From the NCBI RefSeq assembly GCF_000143415.4, contig NW_003314272.1, forward strand, positions 2,009,728 through 2,073,727: a stretch of DNA of 64,000 bases, read 5' to 3'. The stretch comes from Selaginella moellendorffii (lineage: Eukaryota; Plantae; Lycopodiophyta). Of this stretch, positions 41,561 through 54,200 are shown one piece after another. The notes beneath the pieces were generated by a model. That model had not been told where the DNA came from. It made no database searches and was given only the letters and a program-made list of their open reading frames with translations. The position numbers and the translations under genes were made by a program. Position 1 is the first letter of the stretch. The number at the start of each line of letters is the position of its first letter.

Positions 41561-42010
41561 TCCTTGGCACTGGGAAGATTGATTGTTGCTAAACCAATCT
41601 TCCAGCACTAAGGGAACAAAAGAAAAAAGAAAAGAAGTAGCTCCCTTAGTGCTAGGAAGATCAGTTTGCTGCCAAACCAATCTCCCAATGCCAAGGGAAC
41701 AAAGAAAAAATGAAAAGAAGTAACTCCCTTGGCATTGGGAAGATTGATTTGATGGTGAATCAATCTTCTAGTGCCAAGAAAACTAAGATAAAAAGAAAAG
41801 GAATAGCTCCCTTAGCGCTGAGAAGATCGGTTCAACGGCAAACCAATCTTCTAGCGTTGAAGGGACAAAAATAAAGAAGAAAAGAAGCAGTTCCCTTAGC
41901 ACTGGGAAGATCAATTCATTTCTTACAACACCAAGGTAACGACAAAAGAAAAAACCCCAGAATCTGATGTGCTAAGAAGATCGATTCATTGCCAAATCGA
42001 TCATTCCAAT
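41561..42010. repeat. Tandem array of ~83-bp units, each a long imperfect palindrome plus an A-rich linker (5 units and a partial sixth)
   Basis: Units start near 41561, 41642, 41725, 41808 and 41892: cccttrgcryt(g)ggaagat-loop-atctty(c/t)arygcyaaggg, then aaagaaaa..gaagtagct. Confidence 0.85.
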
Positions 42011-42449
42011 GTGAAGTAGCCGTGAAACATAAGTTGCTCACGAGCTAGGAGCAAAAGATGGGGAGATGGAAAAGTAGCAAGGAGAGGCATATCTTGATTG
42101 AGGAGTGTCTTTCTAGTGTCTTGAAAAGCATCTAGCATTTTGATTGAGAAACATCTTGAAGCACATTACAAGATTTAAGCTTTTTTCTCTCACCATTCCT
42201 TGCTCAAACCCTAGCAGTAAAACCTTAAAAATTAATGGTTATGATCAATAGTCACAATCAATAGTCATGATTTTCATTCTCTTTAATGGCAATTGCTTTC
42301 TAGATTCTAGTGATATGTCAATTTTTTAACAGTACTTTAATTTTGCAAATGGTAGGATTTATTTATTGGATAAATCCACTATGAATATAGATTTCACATG
42401 TTCTTTCCAAGGAGACAATTATTCAATGCTTTAGATATTAATATATGTG

Positions 42450-43042
42450 TAATTGATTGTGAGAGGAATAATACTGTTGAAATGAATGGGGTTATGAGTG
42501 AGAGGCACCGATTAATCACGAGAATTGTAGCATTAATTGCTTATTCTCCCTCTCATCTTCATGCTCTCTTCCTTGCAAAAGAGTTTCATTGTTTTGTGAT
42601 AAGTGAAAGAGAGTCAAGTTTGAAAAGATTGGTTTGTGCACAATTTTTTCAAAGTGCTCAAGCAAGAAAAAGATATGAAAGAATTCTACTTGAAGTTCAA
42701 TCAAGAGCTTCCAATTGTTTTCTCTAAGAGTGTTATAAAAGAGAATTTCCTTTGCAAAAGATTCAAGCTGAAGCTAAGATCAATTATTTTGGAGAATGTA
42801 TGTCGGGATAAGGGTAATCAAATAGAAAAATCCATTCTTCTCAAAAAAACCACACACGAACCATCTTTCCAAGCTTGACTCTCTCTCACTTATCACAAAA
42901 GAATGAAACTCTTTTGAAGGGAAAAAAGCATAGAGATGAGAGGGAGAACAAGCAATTAATGCTAGAACTGTCGTGATTAATTGGTGCCTCTCACTCATAA
43001 CCCCATTCATTTCAACAGTATTATTCCTCTCACAATCAATTA
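42450..43042. repeat. ~190-bp inverted repeat enclosing a transposase-derived spacer
   Basis: 42450-42640 (aattgattgtgagaggaataatactgttgaaatgaatggggttatgagtgagaggcacc..) is the reverse complement of 42850-43042. ORF-track peptides on opposite strands share DCERNNTVEMNGVMSERH. Confidence 0.9.
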
Positions 43043-43835
43043 TACAATTAATATGGGTGGTTCTCAAAGATTCTTATATATCTCTAGATTCTAAACGGTT
43101 GTATATTTTGTTAAAATAATTAACTTGTCCTTTGCAAAGACACAACTAATTAAAGCTCATAATACAAAAGAATATCTTTGTTCTTTCTTGTCAAATTTTT
43201 TCCAAGTGCTCGAGCAAGGAGAAGATATGAGAGAATTCTACTTGAAGTTCGATCAAGAGCCTCCAATTGTTTTCTTTAAGAGTGTTATAGGAGAGAACTT
43301 CCTTTACAAAAGATTCAAGCTAGAGTCGAGATTAATTAGTTTGGAAAATGTATGTTAGGATAAGGGTAATTAGATAGAAAAATCGATTCTTTTCGATAGT
43401 GGTGTGGGAGAGAATGAGATTCAGTGGGATCTTGATAGATGTACAAATCAGGAGATTCTAGTTACAGGATCTTCGAAGCAAGTAGAGGAGAGCGCATTAG
43501 TTTCATAGCCAACTGTGCAAGGAATGAAGGATGAAATTGTTATTCTCTCTCGTGATGAAAGTGAAAAAGATGAGCTTCTCGATATAGTTTCCTAGACAAA
43601 TAGGTGCGTTCCTTTTGGATTAGTTTTTGAAGTAGTGGATAAGGTATTTCGGCAATCTCAATCATTATGGTTGGAATTGAAGGAGTTCCAGTACATGAGA
43701 GGTGAGGAGCTTCTGTCTTTTTATAATGGGAATATATTCTTTGAATTTCCACTAGCCAATTTGTCAAGTAGGAAGAGGGGCATGGAGACGTGTCTTGATC
43801 TACATAATTGGTGCAAAGTAAAGACGACCCACTTT
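42640..43835 (+). pseudogene. Truncated relics (one partial, one longer) of a transposase related to the downstream MULE family
   Basis: 'IVFSKSVIKENFLCKRFKLKLRSIILENV' and 'LLSFYNGNIFFEFPLA..RKRGMETCLDLHNWCKVKTTHF' align with 'LSFSQSIVSESFLCRRFDLRLGSISLEAV' and 'LPSSYNGNIFFELPP..KRKGMETKQDIHNWCKIKTTHF' of the element at 46.8-50.1 kb. Confidence 0.8.
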
Positions 43836-44799
43836 GTTAGGGCATGGCCATTGAAAGAGTGAAAGAGAGAGAGGGAATATTTTAGTCCTCAGAATATTCC
43901 CCATCTTCCTTGTATAAACCCTTGCCCCACAAGGGCAAAAGAGGGGGGGGGGGGGGGGGGTGGGGGCATTTGTGGAGAGCATTGAAGCATTTTTCGTGTT
44001 TGAGTGAGCATTGGGGGAGGTGCCCCTCCTTCCCCTTAATAAATGGTGAAGCATGCAGCATTTTCTATGACATACAACACTTTTTGAGGTGTCATTTCTC
44101 TCTTTTCCTTTTGGTCGTAGACTTTGGGAAGGAATTTCTTGTTTGTCTTGCGGTGGTTTTTTTTTATCTTGGGCATGTTGGATAAGTTGGGAGCTCCTTT
44201 TTTCTAGCAAAGTATGGCACTCATCAAACCATGCAATATTTAAGGAGATATAACGTTTCTTGGCTCAGTTTGATAAATATTTTGGGGTTTTTACTTTCTC
44301 GCCTAGATCCTTGGCTCAATTTCTCAAAGTAGTGCATTTGGGCTTGTAGATTTGGCATAGATCTACAAGTAGTGGTGATTCTTGGCGCTAGATTTAGACA
44401 AATTGACGGCATGTAAAAGGATTTAGTTTTCCAACTAGATTGGGTCATCTATGTAGTAGGAATTCGTACTTCTCCGGGTTTTGTTTTAGATGCCATTTGT
44501 TTCTAAGGTGCTCTTGGTCCTAGGCTTTCCAAAAACACTAACGGCACCTTAATACCAATCTACATCAGTGACATGCACATATTTTTCCACAATATTGGTG
44601 TTCTGGGCTACTTCTTCTTGGATTTTGAGGAATATTAAGGTAGCTTCTTCACACATTCTTGCGATAAAGGGTAGACGGAGCTAAGATTTTTCCAATGAGC
44701 CCACCAACAATCAAAATGGGGAAGGATCGAGACTAGAGGACTCATTTTTTTCTTTCGGGCTAAACTTTGTTGGGAGTTCCTTGGGAATGAAGCAATCTT

Positions 44800-45020
44800 C
44801 AGAGAGCAATAGTAGGCATAGGAACAGAAACGGGAGCAAAAGTAGGGACAGGAGTTGGCGCAGGAGTAGGAGCAGGTGCAGGGGTAGGAGTTGGTGCTGG
44901 AGTAGGCACAGGAGTAGGAGCGAGAGTAGGGGGTTACTAGTTACAGGTTACAAGTTCTTAGTTACTGGTTCTTAGTTACTAGTTACCAGTTACCGGTTAC
45001 TACAAGAGGTCAACAGTTAC
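44800..45020. repeat. Degenerate 6-bp (aggagy/aggtgc) and 7-bp (gttacta) tandem repeats
   Basis: aggagtaggagcaggtgcaggggtaggagt.. followed by gttactagttacaggttacaagttcttagttactggttcttagttactagttaccagttaccggttac. Confidence 0.7.
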
Positions 45021-46238
45021 TCTGCAGGTAAATAGTTATATGTTCTTGAGGCCTAAATCTCTTTCCATTTTCAATCTTATTTCTCTTCGTCATAGACATT
45101 TTGGGCAACTTTGAGCAACTTGAGCACAAGTCTACAGTCTTCTTGTTCTTATCAACCCAATTGCCTTGACTGGGCATTTGCAGTGTTCAGGGTATTTGAT
45201 GCCGGTACAAACTAGACATGCGACAAATTGGCACCTTTTTACCATACCTCAAGGCCCTAAGGTACAAAGTAAACTTTTTAATATCCAAAGGCAGCTTAGG
45301 TATGACATAGCACCTTCTTGGGCCGAGTCCTCTTCATCCTCGGCAAATTCTAGTGACTTAGATCTACGAGTTATGGCGCAGCCACCTTTAGCTCGACCTC
45401 AGCTCCATGTTTTGTAGAAGGGGAGTGATCTCCTGACCTTCTCAGGTGTTGGAACATTCTCCCCAACATCACATATTAGTTGCTTTGATTACTATTGCAC
45501 CACAAACTTGATCATCGATAATGATCGTATGTGCCGCGACTTCTTGCAGTCTCTCGAAGGCAAAAAAGCAACTTGGGTAGATTCCCTCCTCCCAGAGGAC
45601 TACACAGACTTTCAGACACTACTTGCTTTTTTTAGAGAATGTTTCATTGAAGAAAACCCACAAATTGGCTACTTGTTGACCTCTTTTCGTTCTGGCGGGC
45701 GCGGACCATACTTGAGCTCATGAGTTGAAGAGTTGAGCTCACGAGTTGAGCTCAATTTTCAATTGTAATTTAGTACAAACATTATAAATTTTAAAATTTT
45801 AAGGTTATGGTGAACCTAATAATTTAATAACTCTCTATATATTATATAGATAAAAATGTTCTAAAGAACACTTTTTGTTCTAATAATTTAAATATTTACT
45901 ACATGCAATGATAGGGATATTTGTTAGAACATAAAATAAATTTTTTGCAAAAAAAGTATTCTTGTCACTTCTTTAAATTTGTACTCTATGCTTTCTAGCT
46001 AGTAAATGTTAGGTTTGTCAGAATTAAAAAATTATTAAATTTGAAATAAGATTCTATGTGAAGCCATATAACCGTTTGAAAGGAAAAAAAATAACCGTTG
46101 ATGTAAGCTTATTGCATATAAAAGAAAGACTTGGTTCTTTGTAGAATACATTCTTGAGGGGTTTGTCATAGCATACTGTCTAGAATTTATAGATCTTCAT
46201 TCACACTCTCATTCGAAAAAAGGGAAATACACCCACAA

Positions 46239-46690
46239 ATGTCTATGGGTTCTAGTGTTGGTAATTTTAACTCTCACAATCTTTCTTCCCAGGGCTCAAG
46301 GGCTAGGAGATGCAATAACTATCCTATTGCATAGCATAACCAAATCACACAAGAGAATGAAAGAGAGGATAGTGAAGATAGTGATCATGAGTTGGAGATA
46401 AATGCAATGACAGAGGGTGCAACAAATTGGGTGAAAAAGAATACCCTTTTACTTGTTTTAGAAAAGTGCAATTCTGCCACTTTCAAGAAGTGCTCTATAT
46501 GTTTTCTAGCGTTTGGTGGAAACAATGGCAATGATCAATATGATGGTATATATGCTCTTGCGACACATTGCAACATCACGCACCCGAAAGACTACCATGA
46601 AATCTTTTTTGAGATGGTAAAGACAGAAATGGAGACACACGAGTACTATGGGTAGTATTGCGAGAAGAACACTCGGAAGCATATAAAATG
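46239..46690 (+). pseudogene. MULE cargo small zinc-finger ORF, copy 1 (two CAG>TAG stops)
   Basis: Near-identical to the intact 150-aa ORF at 60164-60616, but gca tag cat (about 46332) and ggg tag tat (about 46653) replace CAG codons. Confidence 0.75.
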
Positions 46691-46789
46691 AAAAGTGAAA
46701 TGAAAAAGCACATTTGTATTAATTATATAAAGTATAATAAGTTTTATTATTGATAGAGAATAAACATCGATAGTGTTGGAGAAATCTAA

Positions 46790-49700
46790 TTAGCTCCAAA
46801 AGTTTTCTACAACTCAGCAATAGTAAAGCTTGCTTGGTGTATATGAATATCCACTTTAGGATCCTGGTGCAAGATGTTGATGAAGATGTAGTACATATGC
46901 TTGCAAGGAGCATATGCCTTCCCATGTTCCTCGCGCTTCGTAAAGTCTGGACATGTGCAAGAAGGAAAGTCGTGAATGGCAATTGTGTACTCTCCACCTT
47001 CTGTTTTGACTGTGTACTCCTTTGCAAGCATAGTGATGTACTTCGTGGAGAGAATCTCACACTCAAGTGTTTGAGCCAAATTTATTTTACCTTGCTTCTG
47101 CTTGGAGACGGTACCAATAAATTTAACTGCCTTACCTTTTCGTGCTGGCCTCCTGTGCATCTCTGTAGGAATAGTCTTGCTCCTGTCACTCATGTCTCCA
47201 ACTCTCCTCTCAAGATTAAAACCAGATTTCTCAAGGTTTTCAATCTCATCCGAGGTGAGCATGACCCCATTAGCAACCGGCCATTCTTTAGGTACTACAT
47301 CAGGTTTAGTCACTATAGTGTCTTCAAGCCGCTTCGTATGGTTGGCGTCGGTGTTGCAACAATATAACCAGCACCATCTTGAAAATCCTGCTTGCTTTCG
47401 TTCCCCATAGAAACATGGGGCTGGAACAAAAGCAGATTTTTCACCACGAATCCAGGCCCAACACTTGCCCCTCGGAAGCATCCCCACACACCTTACATTT
47501 GATTTTGCTGGCACACGTCGGATTGCCCATTGCTTCGGCTCCACGCTACGGTAAGCAATTTCAACCTGTTGCGATGCACTCTCTTCATCAGCCACTTGAG
47601 GTGGCTCGGTCCAAGAGCGGTGTCTTGGAGCAGAATGGTACTCGACATCAGGCCTGTGAGAGCTTTTTGCTCCAAGGTCCGTACCAACATCTTCCCCAGC
47701 AAAGGAAAAACGACGCTTTGAGCGGACAGTCTTCATATCACCAATAGAAGCTCGAGGAGTGTACTCCATAGATGTGCCACGGACCACTTCCTCAACTGTA
47801 GTTGCCACTGTTCGGGCGGGTGGAGTTAATTTTCTCTTCATCCTATCATGTAACATCTCAACAGAAGGCCCTGTTCCCATGTAGCTTCCTTCCTCAAATG
47901 CCAGTGCTTTTGAAGATTGCTCTATAGCACGTACCAAATTTGATAGACAGGCTTTATATAGACTCATCTTCCCTTTCCCTGCCTTAGAGGAATGCCAACT
48001 CTAGTGCTTACTTTCGGAGAGATTCACAGTTGGGGTGTATGCGAGGTCCTCAAGTGGTTGATCCTAATGGAAAAGGGAATATTAAAAGGTAATAAAAGGA
48101 GAAGAAAAAATACAAACCAACCTGAAAAGAGTGATATCCCCACTAGAATATCCTAACTTCCCACCATCCTAACCATGACTCAAGTTGTGGTATGCAACTT
48201 ATGTCTGTATGGCCATCTTCACGCCACAAAATTCGAATCTCGTTTGCTTTTGCCTCATGCTCTTCTTCAGAAGGTGCTACTTGCCATTGTTTGCACAACT
48301 CCTTAAATATTGATTGAAACTCTGGCTTGATAAGGTGGCAGTGCTGGTTTAGGTTTTGAGCCCAATGGAACTCACAAGTCCTCTCACGACCTTCCAATGG
48401 TTGACCATTCCCAAAAACTACTCGGATACCATTCCAATTTGCACCAGCCCCATCTGCCATGAAACCACGAAAGTTTGCAGGCTTACCAGTCCGCTTTAGG
48501 ACAATATCAGAGAGGGACTTCCAAAATATTTTTTGTGTTGTCTGGTCTTGTACTTTAAACTCTGCTGTCGCAATTGTTAAGTTACAACGTAGCCTATGAA
48601 AACATAAATATTATAACAATTTCAATATAATGAGAATAAAAATTACCTTGGATCATACACATGAGCTCCCATGGTTGTCCAATCGGATACACGCTCCATA
48701 TGGTCAAAATGTATCCATGCATTTGCAAGGTCACTAGACCCAAACATGTCCATTCGGGAGACAAGATCTACGCTAGAGGCAAGGCCCATGGTAGACATTT
48801 TGAAGACGAAGGGGCGCTCTTGTTCATTCACAACTTAGTCTGGAAACAAACTTCCGTGGATGAACTCATATGGACAGGTCCGTTTCAATTCAAGGATGGA
48901 GTCAATTTTTGATTGCAACTTCCCCTCTCGAGATTCACACATCCAAGATTTTATCCTAAACAATATAATGTAAGAAAAAATTATTATTATAACATATGAA
49001 AAATAACGGATGTACCTCCTTAGGCTAGTAGCAGGTTGTATTCTTCGTAGTAAGTCCCGCAAGCTAGCCTCGTTTAGTTGAGTCTTTTGGCAACCTGGAT
49101 TGAGTAAGGTATTTGCGATAAAATCCTTGAGGATGGTCTTCTAAACATGCTTCGGAGTTGCAGATGAGTTTCTCATAGTCTCTTCCTTTACAGCATCTTT
49201 GAAACGGTTGAGAGAACTCCTTTGTATCCCTTCCTGCATTGGATGCATATGTGTGCCAACATGCACTGCAGCTCTTCCAGCCACTCCATCCCGTGGAAGA
49301 AAGTAGTACATCTTGGCCTCGCAGATAGCACGACATAGAGGAGCATTTTTGCAGAATCGACATTTGAATCCAACAGCAATGGTGTCACAGGCTAGAGGAT
49401 TGACTGCAGACCCTTCAAAAAATATAGAGTTTCTAGAGCGGTCTTGATTGCATGCTTCATCCACACAATCTAAATGCCCACCACAATGAACTATAGACAC
49501 TGTGCCTTCAAAATGTTGGAAGTGTGTGGTCTTGATCTTGCACCAATTGTGGATATCCTGCTTGGTTTCCATCCCCTTCCGTTTGGAACCTGTGCTGCTG
49601 ACAAGAGGTGGTAGCTCGAAGAAAATGTTGCCGTTGTAGGAGGATGGAAGCTCACTCACAAGCCTATACAAAAATAAGTGCATGTCGATTGAGAGGCGTG

Positions 49701-50092
49701 AAAACTGGAAAGCATTGCTAACGGCTTTGGTGGGCATTGCTAACATCTTCACTTGAACTAGAAGAGGACGAGAGGATAACGACTGACTCTTGCTTCACAT
49801 TCACTTTCGCTGAAGTGCATTTTGGCATTTTGACTGGAGATCCAAACACTCGAATCTCCTTCGACTTGGAATTTTGTAAATCCCATTGTTGTCCACCCTC
49901 GCCCACACCAGAAAGAAGAAACTCCGAGTATGCAACTATACCGGTGTCGTTGTGGATCACAGCCTCTAAAGAAATAGAGCCAAGACGAAGATCAAAACGC
50001 CGACATAAAAAACTTTCAGAAACAATACTCTGAGAGAATGAAAGAGGTGGGTGATCTCGAAAATGAAGAAGAAACCTCTCCATCCTTCTCAA
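46790..50092 (-). pseudogene. MULE-type DDE transposase with GCM-like N-terminal Zn domain and C-terminal SWIM finger, copy 1 (disrupted; start uncertain)
   Basis: HNWCKIKTT..CGGHLDCVDEAC..CRFC..CEAKMYY..HVGTHMHP (WRKY/GCM-like). Putative catalytic D in WIHFDH, D in FMADG, MULE CxxH (CEFH), E in TVNLSES. SWIM CTCPDF..CKH. Short introns; stops and an internal deletion near 49730. Confidence 0.85.
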
Positions 50093-50874
50093 TAGGTTTT
50101 GGAGTTCTCTCTCTTGATGCTACTTGTAAAAATCTATAGTGAAACATAATTGAAATTTAAATAGAGTAATAAGAAGACAACGTACAAAATGAATTTAAAT
50201 TCTATAGCAAATTTAACATGTGTAAGTGTGACAGTATTAATATTGCTGTCATCTATTATGATGTCTGATGCATGTATACACATAGATCCAAGGAAAGATT
50301 TTCAGCACGTGAAGTTTGATAGTTAATAATGATACCAGTAATGACATTCTGCTATAACGTGTCAAACCAAGAGATCCAATCTAACTATCAGCACGTGTGA
50401 TATGTCAAGTTGTCAAATTTTAAGTGGTAGATGATAATAAATCTTGTCAAATCTTATTCTTCAATAATAGATTTGATTTGTAGTACAACTCAAGTTTTAT
50501 CCATAATTGTGAACACTGCTCAATGACATTTAAAGCATGTGCCTATTGTTTAGGATCTAATATAACACAAAATAAAGTATATGGATATAGTACAACATAT
50601 TTTAACATTCCTTATTTATACTCTTTGAAGTTCTTGTAACGATTCCAAAATATGTACAAAATATTGATGAGAATGCATCATTTCTAGATAATTTGTAAAA
50701 TATAATATCATATCTCTAATAACAGAAATGTTGATAGGTGCCAGTTATACCATCATTAAAATATACAAAATAAAGAAGCATAATTTACATATAATAATAA
50801 TGATAAGATAAAATAAGATCAAAGATATTGTGATGGTTGAGATTTAGGTTATTCGGAATGAATGGCCAGGATTA

Positions 50875-51225
50875 GAGATTGGTTAGGGTTAGGGCAGCCG
50901 TCAGGATTAGGGTTAGGGTAGCCGCCAAGATTAGGTTACTGTTCGCATCGTGAGTGGAGCGCGCAAGAGATCGAGAGATTGAGCGCGAAGGAGATCGAGG
51001 GATTGAGCGCGAAGGAGATCGAGCGATTGAGCGCGCAAGAGATCGAGAGATTGAGCGCGCAAGAGATCGAGAGATTGAGCGCGCGAGCGGGAGAGTTTGA
51101 GCATGCGAGCGGGAGAGATTGAGCGCGCGAGCGGGAGAGATTGAGCGTGCGAGCCGGAGAGATTGAGTGCGCGAGCAGGAGAGATTGAATGCGCGAGCGA
51201 GAGAGATTAAGCGCACAAGATATCT
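50875..51225 (+). repeat. CG-rich ~20-24-bp tandem repeat (gagattgagcgcgc..gatc) preceded by TTAGGG-like motifs, in the 5' region of the cargo gene
   Basis: About 12 units of ga(g)attgagcgcg(c/a)..; ttagggttaggg at about 50883 and 50907; lies immediately upstream of ATG 51255. Confidence 0.85.
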
Positions 51226-51254
51226 AGCACGATCAAGAAATGTAGGGAGGAAAG

Positions 51255-54200
51255 ATGCCACCAAGGGTGAGTTTCGATTTGATTGCTTCCACTTCCATTT
51301 TTTAGCTCCTTTGCTTCCATTCCATTGCTTCCCTTTTTTTTTCTTGATTGCTTCTTTGCTGGCTGAGGGGCTGAGGTTATTTGAAAAACATCGGCCCCTC
51401 GGGTNNNNNNNNNNNNNNNNNNNNNNNNNNNNNNNNNNNNNNNNNNNNNNNNNNNNNNNNNNNNNNNNNNNNNNNNNNNNNNNNNNNNNNNNNNNNNNNN
51501 NNNNNNNNNNNNNNNNNNNNNNNNNNNNNNNNNNNNNNNNNNNNNNNNNNNNNNNNNNNNNNNNNNNNNNNNNNNNNNNNNNNNNNNNNNNNNNNNNNNN
51601 NNNNNNNNNNNNNNNNNNNNNNNNNNNNNNNNNNNNNNNNNNNNNNNNNNNNNNNNNNNNNNNNNNNNNNNNNNNNNNNNNNNNNNNNNNNNNNNNNNNN
51701 NNNNNNNNNNNNNNNNNNNNNNNNNNNNNNNNNNNNNNNNNNNNNNNNNNNNNNNNNNNNNNNNNNNNNNNNNNNNNNNNNNNNNNNNNNNNNNNNNNNN
51801 NNNNNNNNNNNNNNNNNNNNNNNNNNNNNNNNNNNNNNNATTATCTTTATTTAGTTTGACTAACAAAATTTTTTCTCTTGCAGAAAAGGAAAATTGTAAC
51901 ACATAAAAAGGTTGTTGGAGCCAAGAAGACACGAGAAGTTCAATTTGGCACTGACGACGACATCACAATCAACATGTCCATTGGCACAACAGAGACACAT
52001 TTAGTTAGAGATTCATCACCTCCACCACCATCACCTCCACCATCACCACCTCCACCACCACCATCGCCACCTCCACCACCTCCATCACCACCTCCACCAC
52101 CTCCATCGCCACCGCCACCACCACCATTGCCACCACCACTACCACTATTGCCTCTGCCCCCGCCACCACCACCACCACCACCATTGCCACCACCACTGCC
52201 ACTATTGCCTCTGCCCCCGCCACCACCGCCACCACCACCAACGCAAATCCCTGAAGTTGGGCAATCTAGTGGTGTTCACGATAGGGAATCTGACGAACAG
52301 CCTGGAGCTGAAAGAGTTGCAGACCTTCCTGACAACATGGTGGACAAGCGCTTCCAAGAGACTGTTATGCGGACAATGGAAAAAGCAGTTCACCAAACAC
52401 TTGAGTGCGCTCAAGTGGCCAAGCCCTTGTGACTTGATCAGAGAAATCCCCCTTTGCCGTTTGCAGTAGACGAACCTTGTCCGCACAGCATCCAAGTATG
52501 TCAACCCGGATATATACAGCTTGTTCAAACAGAATGGCCTTGCAACAAATATCGATATGTTTCTAGTTTCTTTTTGCAAGCCAGGAACAACGGAGATCAT
52601 TACTATCACACCCGAGATTGTGAATAGCTGGGATCCTATTTGGAGGACATGCTTATCAGACATCTTGAGACTCGACAGCTTGCGGGGACAATGTTCCAAA
52701 TTGTTGACGGTAACCACCGATATGGAGCTTGGATGAAGTTTATCGACGATCATTTTCGCGATGATCCTGTCTACCATATCAACGTTCCAGTTGGCCATAT
52801 CTACGCAAGGGGACCTTTGGATGTCAACAGACTTATCTTGGCCTGCCAAAAGATCAATGCGTAAGTTTTATAATTTTACCTCTAACTCCACTTTAACTTG
52901 TTTTGTTGTGTTTAAATGTAGGCTTGGGCAGTTTGCTGTTCAAAAACAAAATTTTGTCCATGACATCGAGCAACTTCGATTTTTGGCAGACTTGAGTGAG
53001 GATGACATCCGCCAACATTATGGTGATGATCTCGCAACACTTGTTCGGCACTCACGCACTCGAAATGACGGTACAACTTGGTTCAACAACCCAATCAGTT
53101 TTATGCTCGCTGTGTGGTGTAAGGTATGTCTTTCCCTTTTATTTTATAAAAGCCTCTTTTAATTGTTTTGGTTTTTAGCCTTTGGTGAAGATCAAGTAGG
53201 ATGCTTATGAACTTGCATATCCGGAGAAGAGTTGGGAAGAGCTCTCAGCTGAGTTTGTACAAATTGAGCACAAAATTCAGCATGCAAAGTCCTCAAAGTT
53301 GAAGAAACTAGTATGCATTGTAGACAATCGCAGGCCGAAGGAGTGACTAGAAACTATAGCCGAAATTTCTTCTCATGAATGTAAGTTTTTTATCACACTT
53401 CATTTTTCTTAATTATGCATATGTTACTTTTGCAGTGAACAAAACTCCAGATGACATGATTTACAATATCGCAAAATCGAAGCTTCCATATAAGCAACAG
53501 ATAGAGACTCTGGAGTTCCTCAATGTCTGCTTGATGAACAGAGAGAAAGGACTGCCAGAACTATTTGAGAACATGATGAGAAGGGCTGTCTACATCATGC
53601 AAACTATAAGTGAAGGTGAGAAGTTCTTGGCACCACACATTGGTGACGATCCAGATGGCACATTCATGTCTTTCGACACCTACATCAACACGTCATTGGA
53701 AGGGATCGAAGAGGGGTGGCTGCCAGAGAAGTCTACAAGCACAACAACTTATGATTGCCAACATGGTTAACCTTATTTCATGCGACGTGCAGCTTATAGG
53801 TATAATATGATTTCTAAGACTGTTTTTTAATATATATTGTTTACAGGTATCTTCGATATAGAGGCATGCCATTTGAGGCACCAGTTTGCACTCGACTTGT
53901 TGCAAAGGGTGTAAGAGATGGAGGAATGTATCCAACAATGTTTGCAAGAGTTCCGAAGGCACGGAAGATAGAATGCCCTTGGGAGTTGGAGCTCCTAGGG
54001 AAGGAGACCTCTACACTAGATCGCGAGGAAATTATCAATGCTAGCAACGATGGCAATGCAAGTGACGATGGAGACGAGGATGAGGAAGCTCCAGATCAAG
54101 TTCATGTTCCACCACCAGACAGTCAGGAACAGGCTCCAATTCAACCATCAAACAACCAAGATCCAGATCAGGTTCTACCAGTAAATAATGATGATCAAGT

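Noticed and set aside
41561-42010. CRISPR array interpretation of the palindromic repeats
   Set aside because: Linkers are similar to each other rather than unique spacers, repeats are degenerate, no cas genes, eukaryotic context.
43943-43966. Long G run (possible G-quadruplex)
   Set aside because: Simple homopolymer in TE debris with no supporting context.
51167-51932. ORFs spanning the N run
   Set aside because: Artefacts of translating an assembly gap.
51878-52432. Stand-alone extensin or formin-like gene
   Set aside because: The polyproline tract is the low-complexity N-terminus of the ParB-MTase cargo gene; no signal peptide or FH2 domain.
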